DNA from: Coleofasciculus chthonoplastes F2-STO-03
GTDB taxonomy: Bacteria > Cyanobacteriota > Cyanobacteriia > Cyanobacteriales > Coleofasciculaceae
DNA length: 30,807 nt
Reading direction: 5' to 3'
Assembly (NCBI GenBank): GCA_040222015.1
Contig: JAVJWO010000073.1
Coordinates: forward strand, 1 to 30,807
Position 1 is the first letter of the stretch, and the number at the start of each line of letters is the position of its first letter. The notes under the pieces were generated by a model, which was not told where the DNA came from, searched no databases, and saw only the letters and a list, made by a program, of their open reading frames with translations. The translations under genes were made by a program, and so were the position numbers. This document shows positions 20,100-29,185 of this stretch, piece by piece.

Positions 20100-21272
20100 T
20101 TAATACTCCGGTACGGACGGGTCAATTTCCCGACTCCAAGCGGTAATTCCCCCTTTGACATTAATCCCTTCAATTCCGGATTCTTTGAGAATGCCTAATG
20201 CTTTAGCTGAACGTCCTCCCATTTTACAATGGGCAATTAAGCGATGACCATTTAGGAGTTGCTTAACTTTTTCGACGCCTGAACCTTGTTCAATATCCGG
20301 TAATGGGACTAAAACAGCACCGGAAATTTTAGCAATCTCGTATTCATTGGGATTGCGGACATCAACGAGGACAAAATCCTTTGTGTCACTATCCATTAAT
20401 TGCTTGAGTTCTTGAACGGTCATTTCTTGAATTGCCATTAACCGTTGCGCCTCCTGTTCTTTAGCTTGGGTAATGCCACAGAATTGTTCGTAGTCTACTA
20501 ATTTTTCGATAACGGGGCGTACTGGATTCGGTCGCAGTTTCAGTTCCCGGAATTTCATATCCAGGGCGTTGTACAGTAACAACCGTCCGCTGAGGGTTGT
20601 CCCCTTACCCAGGATAATTTTAACGGCTTCCGTGGCTTGGATGAGTCCAATAATTCCAGGCAAAATACCCAAAACGCCCCCTTCTGCACAGGAGGGAACC
20701 ATTCCGGGAGGTGGGGGTTCGGGGAACAAGTCGCGGTAGTTTGGTCCATCTTCGTAGTTAAAGACGCTGGCTTGTCCTTCAAACCGCAAGATGGAACCGT
20801 AGACATTAGGTTTACCCAGGATTACGCAGGCGTCATTGACGAGGTAACGGGTGGGAAAATTATCGGTTCCATCGACAACAACATCATAAGGTTTCACGAT
20901 ATCCAGCGCATTCTCCGATGTCAGGCGGGTTTCGTAGAGATCAACTTGACAATAGGGGTTAATTTCTAGAATCCGGGTTTTTGCCGATTGAATTTTCGGT
21001 TTCCCTACCCAGGATGTCCCGTGAATCACTTGACGTTGCAGGTTGGAACTATCGACGATATCAAAATCTACGATTCCGATACGTCCAATCCCGGCGGCGG
21101 CTAAATACAGTAAGAGGGGTGAACCGAGTCCGCCGGTACCGATACAGAGAACACTCGCCGCTTTGAGGCGTTTTTGTCCCTCTAGTCCAACTTCCGGCAA
21201 TATTAGGTGTCGAGAATATCGTTCGTATTCTTCTTTGGTTAGCTGGATTTCGTCCAGATTGGGATTTAACAT
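20100..21272 (-). CDS. moeB: MoeB/MoeZ-type E1-like adenylyltransferase with C-terminal rhodanese
   Basis: RYSRHL, GTGGLG, SNLQRQ, DGTDNF, PSCAEGG; rhodanese DVRNPNEY and HCKMGGRS. Confidence 0.93.
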   Translation of the reverse strand: MLNPNLDEIQLTKEEYERYSRHLILPEVGLEGQKRLKAASVLCIGTGGLGSPLLLYLAAAGIGRIGIVDFDIVDSSNLQRQVIHGTSWVGKPKIQSAKTRILEINPYCQVDLYETRLTSENALDIVKPYDVVVDGTDNFPTRYLVNDACVILGKPNVYGSILRFEGQASVFNYEDGPNYRDLFPEPPPPGMVPSCAEGGVLGILPGIIGLIQATEAVKIILGKGTTLSGRLLLYNALDMKFRELKLRPNPVRPVIEKLVDYEQFCGITQAKEQEAQRLMAIQEMTVQELKQLMDSDTKDFVLVDVRNPNEYEIAKISGAVLVPLPDIEQGSGVEKVKQLLNGHRLIAHCKMGGRSAKALGILKESGIEGINVKGGITAWSREIDPSVPEY

Positions 21273-21367
21273 GGCAATTTGGTAAGATTAGCGATCAGCG
21301 ATTGGGAATTGGGTATTAGGGATTGGGGAAGTATTCCAGACCTAGCATACTACGTCTTGAAGTTCGT

Positions 21368-21430
21368 GTAGGGGCGGGTTTGACTATTATCGTTTATTGT
21401 TCACCTAGATGCGACTAAACCCGCCCCGAC
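21368..21430. repeat. REPIN-like element (GTAGGGGCGGGTTT...AAACCCGCCCC)
   Basis: Inverted arms; spacer homologous to the copy at 23920. Confidence 0.8.
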
Positions 21431-21484
21431 CAAGTTTTGAGTTGCCTCATTTCCCTCATCTCCCAGACGCGCCATGGCACGTCT

Positions 21485-21991
21485 CTACATTATTGCTTCC
21501 GTGAGAATCTCTTCCGGCTGAAACTGGTGATGGGGATCGAGAGTCCAGCTTCTCAGGTCAGAAGCTATACCCTGTTGAACGGAAATTATAATATACGAAT
21601 AACGATGCCATGCGATCGCCCGATCAAATTCTGAGGGAATGGCTGGATGGTCAGGATGAGAGTGATAAATCCCAATGATATCTAATTCGCGATCGCGTGC
21701 CTGCTTCTGAACCTTCAACATCACCTCTGGGGCAATGCTAAACTGATTCCGTTTCGTCCCTGACTGACGCGGGGAACCGTTTACCCCTTGAAAGGCTTCA
21801 GCCGCCTGAGTATCCCAAGCGTTTTCTGTGGGTGAGACTTCAACCAGCGTTTTTACCTCCCCCTTAATTTGACCTAATAACAAACCACAGCATTCTTCTG
21901 GGTATGTGCTTTCGGCGTGAGTTTTCATCACCTGAATCTGATCAGGGTTAATGTTGACTAAATGGGTTGGGGAATAGTCTGAGTTTGACAT
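21485..21991 (-). CDS. JAB/MPN+ (M67, Mec-like) metallopeptidase
   Basis: YPEECCGLL and JAMM motif YHSHPDHPAIPSEFD; upstream of moeB. Confidence 0.92.
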   Translation of the reverse strand: MSNSDYSPTHLVNINPDQIQVMKTHAESTYPEECCGLLLGQIKGEVKTLVEVSPTENAWDTQAAEAFQGVNGSPRQSGTKRNQFSIAPEVMLKVQKQARDRELDIIGIYHSHPDHPAIPSEFDRAIAWHRYSYIIISVQQGIASDLRSWTLDPHHQFQPEEILTEAIM

Positions 21992-22148
21992 CAATCTCAG
22001 GGAATAGGGAATAAGTGTAATCTACGCTAAACTCAATCTTAGACCATAGGAATCCTACTATTATTTTTTAAGTCGTCGGACAAAAGAAAACAAAACCGTA
22101 CTAAGTTTTATAAACAAACCTCAAGCCCTTACAAAGGACGAATGACAA

Positions 22149-23270
22149 ATGACGAATGACAAAGCTTTCCTCGAACAGTTTACAAGCTATACTACCGAGG
22201 CTTTACGGCATCAAAATCTGGCAGTTAGTGATTCATTGAACCGGAGGCAGATTCCTCCTAGCCAGGTACGCCCTCTTGAGAGCTCTTACCAAATTTCCTT
22301 GAAACTCGGTGATGATTTGCCGCTCAACCTCATCAAAAAACAAATCTTACAACAAATTGATGCCGTTGTCTATTTTCTCCGAGATTTTCATATTGGGGTA
22401 CTGGGTCAGCGCACCAGTCTATTTCATCTTTATGAGGTTGAGATTCAAGTCGAATCCCATCTGCACTATCAATTAACGTTTGAATCGGGCAAACTGTTGA
22501 TTCAAATCCCCTACTGGCAGATGGCAGTTTTGGATCGCTACCTGCCTTATCATAAATTAAAATATCGCTGGCATCGCGGCAACCATTTACCCAAGTTTTC
22601 GCACATTCGCAAAATTTGGTGGTTAGTTGATCCGATTGGAGAATTACGGTATAACCTCCGCTCCATGCTGGTGTTGGCGATTCAAAAGCAAATTTTGGGA
22701 ATTGACAAGCTTTTTGTAAAATTTAACTTACTGGATAACGGGAACCAAAAACGTCGAGCGGTTCAAGGTGATCATCAAGACCAAACAGAACTTAAGACTC
22801 ACGCGATCGCGTTCCTAAAGGCAACAGTCAAAGAAGAAAAGTTGGGCGTGAATCTCGATCTCGTGCTTGAGAATCAGGATGACGCTACAATCGCGCAGTT
22901 ATTGGCAGTCTACAAGAAAAATTTGGTAGACATAGAGCAGATGGAGGAATTAATTGAAACCGGGACATTTACCTTACAAGAGAAGTTGAATGAAGAGCAA
23001 TCGCAAGTCGATGTCAAGATGGTTGGCTTTGTCAATGTCGGCAACTATCATCGGATTGATGTGGCAGTCAATGTGAGTAAAGATTATCTTAAAAAATATG
23101 TAGATGTCATTCCTCGCAAAACTGATATTAAAGCTGTACAGTTTGGCTTTGTAAATGTTTACACGATAGATGATATTACCGTAAAACCAAATTTTCATGG
23201 GGCGCTGACACTCAATTTTGAAACAGCGGCGTTGGAGAGGGCATTAAAGGAATTAGAATTAGTGCAGTAA
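22149..23270 (+). CDS. Hypothetical protein, no family recognised
   Basis: 373-aa open frame; start lies in STRR2-derived units (MTNDK); duplicated GFVNV motif near the C-terminus. Confidence 0.75.
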   Translation: MTNDKAFLEQFTSYTTEALRHQNLAVSDSLNRRQIPPSQVRPLESSYQISLKLGDDLPLNLIKKQILQQIDAVVYFLRDFHIGVLGQRTSLFHLYEVEIQVESHLHYQLTFESGKLLIQIPYWQMAVLDRYLPYHKLKYRWHRGNHLPKFSHIRKIWWLVDPIGELRYNLRSMLVLAIQKQILGIDKLFVKFNLLDNGNQKRRAVQGDHQDQTELKTHAIAFLKATVKEEKLGVNLDLVLENQDDATIAQLLAVYKKNLVDIEQMEELIETGTFTLQEKLNEEQSQVDVKMVGFVNVGNYHRIDVAVNVSKDYLKKYVDVIPRKTDIKAVQFGFVNVYTIDDITVKPNFHGALTLNFETAALERALKELELVQ

Positions 23271-23273
23271 GTA

Positions 23274-23413
23274 TTGGTCATTGGTCATTGGTCATTGGTC
23301 ATTGGTCATTGGTCATTGGTCATTGGTCATTGGTCATTGGTCATTGGTCATTGGTCATTGGTCATTGGTCATTGGTCATTGGTCATTGGTCATTGGTCAT
23401 TGGTCATTGGTCA
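23274..23413. repeat. STRR2 array, 20 perfect TTGGTCA units
   Basis: Read directly; starts 3 nt after the upstream stop codon. Confidence 0.98.
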
Positions 23414-23516
23414 TAATAGTCACTGCCTTTGAGAAGCAAGTTACATAATTTGTCAGGAGTTGAGCAATCATCCCGATTCAGTGATAGAGTGTTTGAATTT
23501 ATAGATTAACGAGAAA

Positions 23517-23918
23517 ATGGAACGTGGTTTACTCTGGTTACCCTTACTCGCTGTATTTATTTGGTTAGCTTGGTCAGGTTGGAATGAATATCAAAAAGTT
23601 GAGGCATATCGTGTATGGGCAGAACAATTTGAACGGGCAAAATATGATATTTATGCGGTATTGGGACAAAAGGGAAAGAATCTGACCTGGGGAAAACCGA
23701 CTCGTTCAGGTCCGGTGGATATAGAAACCTTTTCTCTGAATGATGTCCAAAGCATTAAAGTGGTAGTTGATGGGCAAATTGTTACCTTAGAGAATCCGCC
23801 AAAAAAAGGTCGCGCGATCGCACTAGAGTTTCTCCTCCCAGAATCCACAGTTCAGGTGCCGTTTACCGAAATTCCTCTGGCGATGGAGTGGGGAAAATTT
23901 CTCCTGAATTATAAATGA
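23517..23918 (+). CDS. Conserved cyanobacterial hypothetical protein with N-terminal TM anchor
   Basis: MERGLLWLPLLAVFIWLAWSGWNEYQKVEAY...KYDIYAVLG...WGKPTR. Confidence 0.85.
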   Translation: MERGLLWLPLLAVFIWLAWSGWNEYQKVEAYRVWAEQFERAKYDIYAVLGQKGKNLTWGKPTRSGPVDIETFSLNDVQSIKVVVDGQIVTLENPPKKGRAIALEFLLPESTVQVPFTEIPLAMEWGKFLLNYK

Positions 23919-23919
23919 C

Positions 23920-24052
23920 GTAGGGGCGGGTTTCACTATTATCGTTTCTTATCTCATCCAGATGTGACTAAACCCGCCTGTGTGTAGTGTAGGGGCGATT
24001 TTCACTATGATCATGTCTGAACCCACCCAAATAAAACTAAACCCACCCCGCC
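23920..24052. repeat. Two tandem REPIN-like elements
   Basis: GTAGGGGCGGGTTT...AAACCCGCC (23920-23978), then a degenerate copy GTAGGGGCGATTTT...AAACCCACCCC. Confidence 0.75.
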
Positions 24053-24169
24053 TATTACACAATGGCTGTATTAATCTTTGTTACTTTTTCCCTGTTCCCT
24101 GTTCCCTGTCTAATGGAACGCTAACTCCTGAAATTCGTCTTTAAGAATAATAGTTCTGGTGCTTTTTCC

Positions 24170-25777
24170 ATGAAACCTATCTTACCTATTTTTGCGATTA
24201 TCGGATTACTCCAGAGTTGCACCACCCCGGTGAACATTTCCTCTCAAGCCATCAGGAATCCCGCTAATTGCCCTAGCCAAACTGAACCCGTACCCATTGC
24301 GTCTGCTAATGATCAGGGACTGTATCAGCAATTTGACTATCACATTCGCGATATTATTACAGATGCTGATACGATTACCTTCCAGACGCAGCAGTATGAT
24401 ATTGTCTTTTGCCGATTTGATCGCACTTGGACAGTAGAACCGGGAACCTTAGCCAATGAATTGCAGACAGCTAATAATCCTGAACAATTCTCAGAAAATC
24501 TCCAGAATTCCCCCTATCAAACTATTGAAATTAACGGTAAATCTTATCAATATCGCGTCATTCTCGAACCGAATCCCTTTGGCAATGAAGCGCAAGGAAT
24601 TGAACCCGAAACGGTTGTCTTTGAACTGATTACTCCCAATAGCGAACAACCCCAACGTCACCCCCTCTATACCTTAGACCAGGTAAGGCAGGCTGAAGTC
24701 GGATTTTCCTTGGGAGTTCCTCGAATTACCTCCGCCCTCAGTTATGCGGATCGCCTATTTTGGTCAGTCGCATCGGAACAAGGGGAAGGATTTAGTGGTA
24801 TCGCCACGATGGTTGGTTACAATCCCGATATGAATGAGTTGGTGGTGATTCAACCTGAAGAAATTCAAGGGCAACAAATTACTGATTTTGTCATCGCCGG
24901 AGATCCCAGCAATCCAGTCTTTTGGCTGGGAACTCAAATCAGTGGCGAAGGGAATCCCTATCTATCCGGAATGGGATTAGTTGCCTATCGTCCTTCTCCT
25001 CCTTCTCTCAAATCGGGAACAATTACCTCCTACACCGTCCGCAATAGTCCGATTATTGGGGCAATTCCTGATCAACTGCACTTAGAAGGCGATCGCCTCT
25101 GGGTGGGAACCGGAAATGGGGTTTGCCAGGTTCGTTGGCAAGGGGCAGATAATTCTGGAAATTGGTCTTGTTGGCGATTTGCAGCAAAGGCGAAACTGCC
25201 GAGTCAGGGATTGCCGATTTACCGCCGTTTATTAGCGGAAACTCCATCCGTTACTCTGGAGGCGGATCAGGTGGGAGATACGGTAGAGGTATTATGGTGG
25301 TCTCCGTTGGACTACCAAACCCAAAAAGGGCGGTATGAAGTTCGGTATGAGAATGGCTTTACCGTCAGCTTAGACGAGGGGACGAGTTCTTGGTCTGAGA
25401 AATATGGGTCATCATGGCAACCTCGTCCCTGGCAACCGCCTCTATACTGGGCGGGACACGAATGGCATTGGCAAGGCGATCGCTTTGTGCGCGGTTTTGA
25501 TCAAGTCGCCCTAAATTTCTTTGGTGGTGGACCTCTGGGAATTGTATCCGATCAGGATCAATGGACAGGGGAAAAGCCAGCGAATATGAACGCCTTGCGG
25601 GGTGATTTAGACGTATTGGAATTAACGGAAACGACAACGAAGCTGAATTATTATTCAGGTTGGGTAGAAGAAGAATTACTGAATCCTTATTTCACCGTTG
25701 TTCCTCAAAATCGTCCCTTTAATCCGCGTCCTAATCCTTTAGATGAGATGGCAAAGACGGTATCTGTGTCTAGGTGA
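24170..25777 (+). CDS. Putative lipoprotein with beta-rich (propeller-like) body
   Basis: Signal MKPILPIFAIIGLLQSC with lipobox-like LQSC; repeated strands LFWSVA, FWLGTQ, LWVGTGNG. Confidence 0.75.
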   Translation: MKPILPIFAIIGLLQSCTTPVNISSQAIRNPANCPSQTEPVPIASANDQGLYQQFDYHIRDIITDADTITFQTQQYDIVFCRFDRTWTVEPGTLANELQTANNPEQFSENLQNSPYQTIEINGKSYQYRVILEPNPFGNEAQGIEPETVVFELITPNSEQPQRHPLYTLDQVRQAEVGFSLGVPRITSALSYADRLFWSVASEQGEGFSGIATMVGYNPDMNELVVIQPEEIQGQQITDFVIAGDPSNPVFWLGTQISGEGNPYLSGMGLVAYRPSPPSLKSGTITSYTVRNSPIIGAIPDQLHLEGDRLWVGTGNGVCQVRWQGADNSGNWSCWRFAAKAKLPSQGLPIYRRLLAETPSVTLEADQVGDTVEVLWWSPLDYQTQKGRYEVRYENGFTVSLDEGTSSWSEKYGSSWQPRPWQPPLYWAGHEWHWQGDRFVRGFDQVALNFFGGGPLGIVSDQDQWTGEKPANMNALRGDLDVLELTETTTKLNYYSGWVEEELLNPYFTVVPQNRPFNPRPNPLDEMAKTVSVSR

Positions 25778-25782
25778 AAACC

Positions 25783-25800
25783 TTTACAAAAATTTACATA
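25783..25800 (+). promoter_or_regulatory. HLR1 (RpaB-binding) motif
   Basis: TTTACAAA-AA-TTTACATA matches (G/T)TTACA(T/A)(T/A)-N2-(G/T)TTACA(T/A)(T/A) at every position. Confidence 0.6.
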
Positions 25801-25984
25801 ATTTCCCAACTTTTTGTCCTACTGACTTAAAAATAGGAGTCAGGAGAGATTAATTTTCATCTGTTCTGGTGTACGCAGTTTATCAGGGCTACTTAGATCT
25901 ATTTCACTAGGGTTTTATCCTGAAAAAGAAGTCAAGGGTGAGTAGAAAGACTCAAGTAGACACAAATAGGCACAAATAGGCAAA

Positions 25985-26087
25985 TATAGCAGTACGCTCT
26001 CGCGTAGTTACAGTACACTTGTTCTAAGTCTCTTTTGATAAACCCCTCATTTCTAATAGTGTAAATACACCAGCGCGTAGCGCTATA
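25985..26087. mobile_element. 103-bp MITE with TA ends (IS630/Tc1-like)
   Basis: TATAGCAGTACGCTCTCGCGTAGTTACA versus reverse complement of the right end TATAGCGCTACGCGCTGGTGTATTTACA: 22/28 identical. Confidence 0.7.
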
Positions 26088-26094
26088 GATCAAC

Positions 26095-26709
26095 ATGAAG
26101 AAGGTTACCATGTCAGATTCTAATAGACAGTCAAGACAGTCATCGCCTGAGACAAAATCTATTTCAAGTGCAATAATTCAATTGTTATCAATTCCAGTAA
26201 TTGCTGATTTTTTCCAAGCAAGACCTTGGATAACTTTAGTAACATTGATCACTCTCTTTGCCGGAAATATCTTGCAAGTTTTTATACAGCTACCAGAAAA
26301 ACAAACTGATAATGTAAATAATGAATTTACTGAATTTCCTATTACCAAAAATGACTTAGAGTCAATATGTATATCTATGGAGTCTGAAATTCACAAAAAA
26401 AAAGAACAGGAAATAATTAATTATAAATCAGTCGAACTTGATGATGATGCAACAAACTTATGGCCTGTGTTTCGTTGGGTATGTGTTTATCAAGCAGTAT
26501 ATCATGATCCAATGGCTGGAATTCAATCAAGGTATACCTTTAGAAAAGGGATTGATCTAAATGAAAATTTTTGCAATAAATTTCCCTATAATCCACCGTT
26601 AAAAATTTATTTTAAAGACTTTAATGATCCTAATTCTTTAGTTTGCACTAAAATCGCCAATGATCTTTCTCAGCGGACGCCTCCCATTGTTGCACCTTCT
26701 ACGGAATAA
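26095..26709 (+). CDS. AT-rich hypothetical membrane-anchored protein with a 4-Cys C-terminal domain
   Basis: TM WITLVTLITLFAGNILQVFI; Cys pattern ESIC...WVC...IDLNENFC...DPNSLVC. Confidence 0.65.
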   Translation: MKKVTMSDSNRQSRQSSPETKSISSAIIQLLSIPVIADFFQARPWITLVTLITLFAGNILQVFIQLPEKQTDNVNNEFTEFPITKNDLESICISMESEIHKKKEQEIINYKSVELDDDATNLWPVFRWVCVYQAVYHDPMAGIQSRYTFRKGIDLNENFCNKFPYNPPLKIYFKDFNDPNSLVCTKIANDLSQRTPPIVAPSTE

Positions 26710-26719
26710 GGTTTTAAGC

Positions 26720-26853
26720 TACTGGACTGACACAGCTAAAATTGTGGGATAGATTTGGCGGTGAAATTGGGCGCATGCCATGCGCCCCTACAATTCTAAT
26801 CCACCAATTAAGGTGTGCCACGCCACTACTGGCGCGACCCAACTAAAATGGTG
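26720..26853. mobile_element. MITE with imperfect TIRs enclosing a REP hairpin, plus the left end of a second copy
   Basis: TACTGGACTGACACAGCTAAAATTGTGG / CCACCAATTAAGGTGTGCCACGCCACTA; internal GGGCGCATGCCATGCGCCCCTAC; followed by TACTGGCGCGACCCAACTAAAATGGTG. Confidence 0.6.
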
Positions 26854-26865
26854 TATTAGTCAATT

Positions 26866-27270
26866 ACTGGAGTTTAGACTACGACCAATTAACTCAGCCA
26901 TAGCTCTATGCTGAGAAAGAAGAAAAATTCCTAAATGTAAAGAGGTTAAGAAGCTTTTTTATTCCGTTTTTTGTGTCGTGCTTTACCTTTTTTGACCACA
27001 AGGTAACTTGTTATTTTAGTACGTTTGTTCCCTTTCTTCCAACCTGGAGACTTTCCACCTGCGTACTCGAAACCGTCCTAACTTGACATCCTCAACCTCA
27101 AAAGTCTCGGTGGCTTTCCACCAAGTTGAAGAGTCGTTGAGCTTAAATTTTCGACCATGTTTTCTCGGTCGTCCCTTACCTGTATATAGCGGAGGAGCTG
27201 AATATAAACAACGGTCTACGGTATTAAACCGGACAATTTTATCAGTAATTCCGATTATGGGGCGATGATT
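26866..27270 (-). mobile_element. Internally deleted transposase remnant (NF041680/IS701-like type)
   Basis: YTGKGRPRKHGRKFKLNDSSTWW joined out of frame to the C-terminal KSPGWKKGNKRTKITSYLVVKKG; ends in AGTCTAAACTCCAGT. Confidence 0.7.
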
Positions 27271-27349
27271 GGTTGCCAGGGGTGTTAGCATAATTTTAAT
27301 CTAGGACTTCTAGTTTTTGCTTCACTATCAAGTCAAATCAATTGATAAA

Positions 27350-28669
27350 ATGCTTAAAACAATTCAAGTTGAAAACTTCAAAAGCTATCGACATGGAGTT
27401 TTACCCTTGGCTTCTTTAACTGTCTTAATTGGTGCTAATGCATCAGGCAAAAGCAACATCATTGAAGCCCTAAAATTACTGTCTATGATTGCTGAAGGCG
27501 AGCGATTAAGCCTGCTGGGAAACACGCATCAACAGAGTGACAATCTGTTTAGAGGTGAAATTAATAATCTTGGATACCGAGGATCAACATCATTGCAAAT
27601 TTCTTGTGATGTAACAACTCAAGCCTTTGCCGGCTGGGAGCATTTTGAGATTCATCTAGGGTTTGGCAAGGATGGAGAGATCCATGTCACCCAAGAAAAA
27701 ATCACAGGCTCGACATCGACTGTTCCACTTTACCAAATTATCAGTGAACCTCAAGGAGCAGGTAGTGATGTTTTTGTGGCATATAATAATTTTGCCCGTG
27801 GTGGTAGAAAGCCAAAAATCGTATGCAGTAGCCAGATGGCAATTTTCACACAGTTATTGAGTGAAATTCGGTTTCGTCCTGAAAACCAAGAAACTCGCGC
27901 TCAAATACCGAAAATCACTAAGAATTATGTGCGTTGGTTGAGTGGCATTGTTTTTCTGGAGCCTGAACCTAATGCCATGCGCTTTTATGGACATAAAACC
28001 GATAAATTGCTCAAGAAACACGGCGAAAATATTTCGGGTGTTCTTTATACTCTATGCCAAGACGCGACGATTAAGGCTGAGATATTAGAATTTGTGAGAA
28101 GCCTTCCTGAACAAGATATTAAAGATATCAGCTTTATTGAAACGCCTCGTGGAGAAGTGATGGTGCAGTTAACTGAAACCTTTGGTGGCACATCAACTGC
28201 CTATGATGCCGCGACTCTTTCAGATGGCACATTAAGAGTTCTGTCGATTGCAGGAGTTTTGTTTTCGGCTCCAGAACAAAGCATTGTCGTTATTGAAGAA
28301 ATTGATAATGGAGTACATCCTAGTCGAGCCGAAAGTTTGCTGAAGCGGATGTCTAATATTGCACAACGACGTAATTTGCGAGTGCTGATTAGTAGCCATA
28401 ATCCGGCATTACTTGATGCGTTACCGGATCAGGCTGTACCAGAAACCGTTTTTTGCTATCGTAGTCCTGATGATGGTTCGAGTAAACTGATCCGATTAGG
28501 AAATATTCCAGACTACCCTGAATTAATTGCTCAAGGTTCGGTTGGACATCTGATGACACGGGGTTTACTTGAACGGTTTGTGAAACATCATCCTGGACGT
28601 GAACAGAAGCAGCAAAAAGCACTGGAATGGTTAGCTTCTATCCGTGAAGAGATGGAGATCAGCGGATGA
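27350..28669 (+). CDS. Soluble ABC-type ATPase (AAA_15/AAA_21-like); start re-called to MLKTIQVENFKS
   Basis: IQVENFKSY, Walker A GANASGKSN, signature LSDGTLR, Walker B/D-loop VVVIEEIDNGVHP, H-loop ISSHNP; no TM segments. Confidence 0.9.
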   Translation: MLKTIQVENFKSYRHGVLPLASLTVLIGANASGKSNIIEALKLLSMIAEGERLSLLGNTHQQSDNLFRGEINNLGYRGSTSLQISCDVTTQAFAGWEHFEIHLGFGKDGEIHVTQEKITGSTSTVPLYQIISEPQGAGSDVFVAYNNFARGGRKPKIVCSSQMAIFTQLLSEIRFRPENQETRAQIPKITKNYVRWLSGIVFLEPEPNAMRFYGHKTDKLLKKHGENISGVLYTLCQDATIKAEILEFVRSLPEQDIKDISFIETPRGEVMVQLTETFGGTSTAYDAATLSDGTLRVLSIAGVLFSAPEQSIVVIEEIDNGVHPSRAESLLKRMSNIAQRRNLRVLISSHNPALLDALPDQAVPETVFCYRSPDDGSSKLIRLGNIPDYPELIAQGSVGHLMTRGLLERFVKHHPGREQKQQKALEWLASIREEMEISG

Positions 28670-29121
28670 AGGCAGTGGCAATTGTTGATACCTCTATCTT
28701 TTGTGAGTTTCTGAATATTCCTAATATGAATAGCTCACAAGAGGAAGTCTTAAATGAATTTGAAAGACTTGTCTTTAACGATACATCATTTCTTTTGCCA
28801 ATAGCTGCTGTTTATGAAACAGGCAATCATATCGCCCAATTACCGGATGGGAAAAATCGTCGCCGTTTCGCTCAAGCTTTTGTTAGGGAAGTTCAGAAAG
28901 CGATTAACGGAGAGGCTCCTTGGCAAATTCTGCGAGTTCCAACGGTTCAAGAAATTGGTATATGGTTGAATGAATTTCCTGACTCAGCGATGCGAACTGT
29001 AGGTATGGGAGATCTGTCAATTATTAAAGAATGGGAAGAAGCCAAAAAGAGGACTCCTTATCTACGTGTGTTTATTTGGTCTTTAGACAAAGACTTGAGA
29101 GGATATGACTACCAGCCATAA
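28666..29121 (+). CDS. PIN-domain (VapC-like) nuclease
   Basis: Acidic tetrad in PIN-type contexts: IVD8TS, VYE51TGN, GMGD116LSI, WSLD141KD143; ATGA overlap with the ATPase stop. Confidence 0.72.
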   Translation: MKAVAIVDTSIFCEFLNIPNMNSSQEEVLNEFERLVFNDTSFLLPIAAVYETGNHIAQLPDGKNRRRFAQAFVREVQKAINGEAPWQILRVPTVQEIGIWLNEFPDSAMRTVGMGDLSIIKEWEEAKKRTPYLRVFIWSLDKDLRGYDYQP

Positions 29122-29185
29122 TAATGTGAACCTGTAGGGTGTGTTAATTATTTACTGTTGATTGGTTTTGGAAACCAAACCCCTA

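Noticed and set aside
20100..21994. E1 + JAB as CBASS/Bil-type ubiquitin-like defence
   Set aside because: No E2, cyclase or Ubl; the E1 is the rhodanese-fused MoeB/MoeZ type in a core-gene context.
22014..22030. Possible NtcA site GTA-N8-TAA (also near 30467)
   Set aside because: Does not match GTA-N8-TAC.
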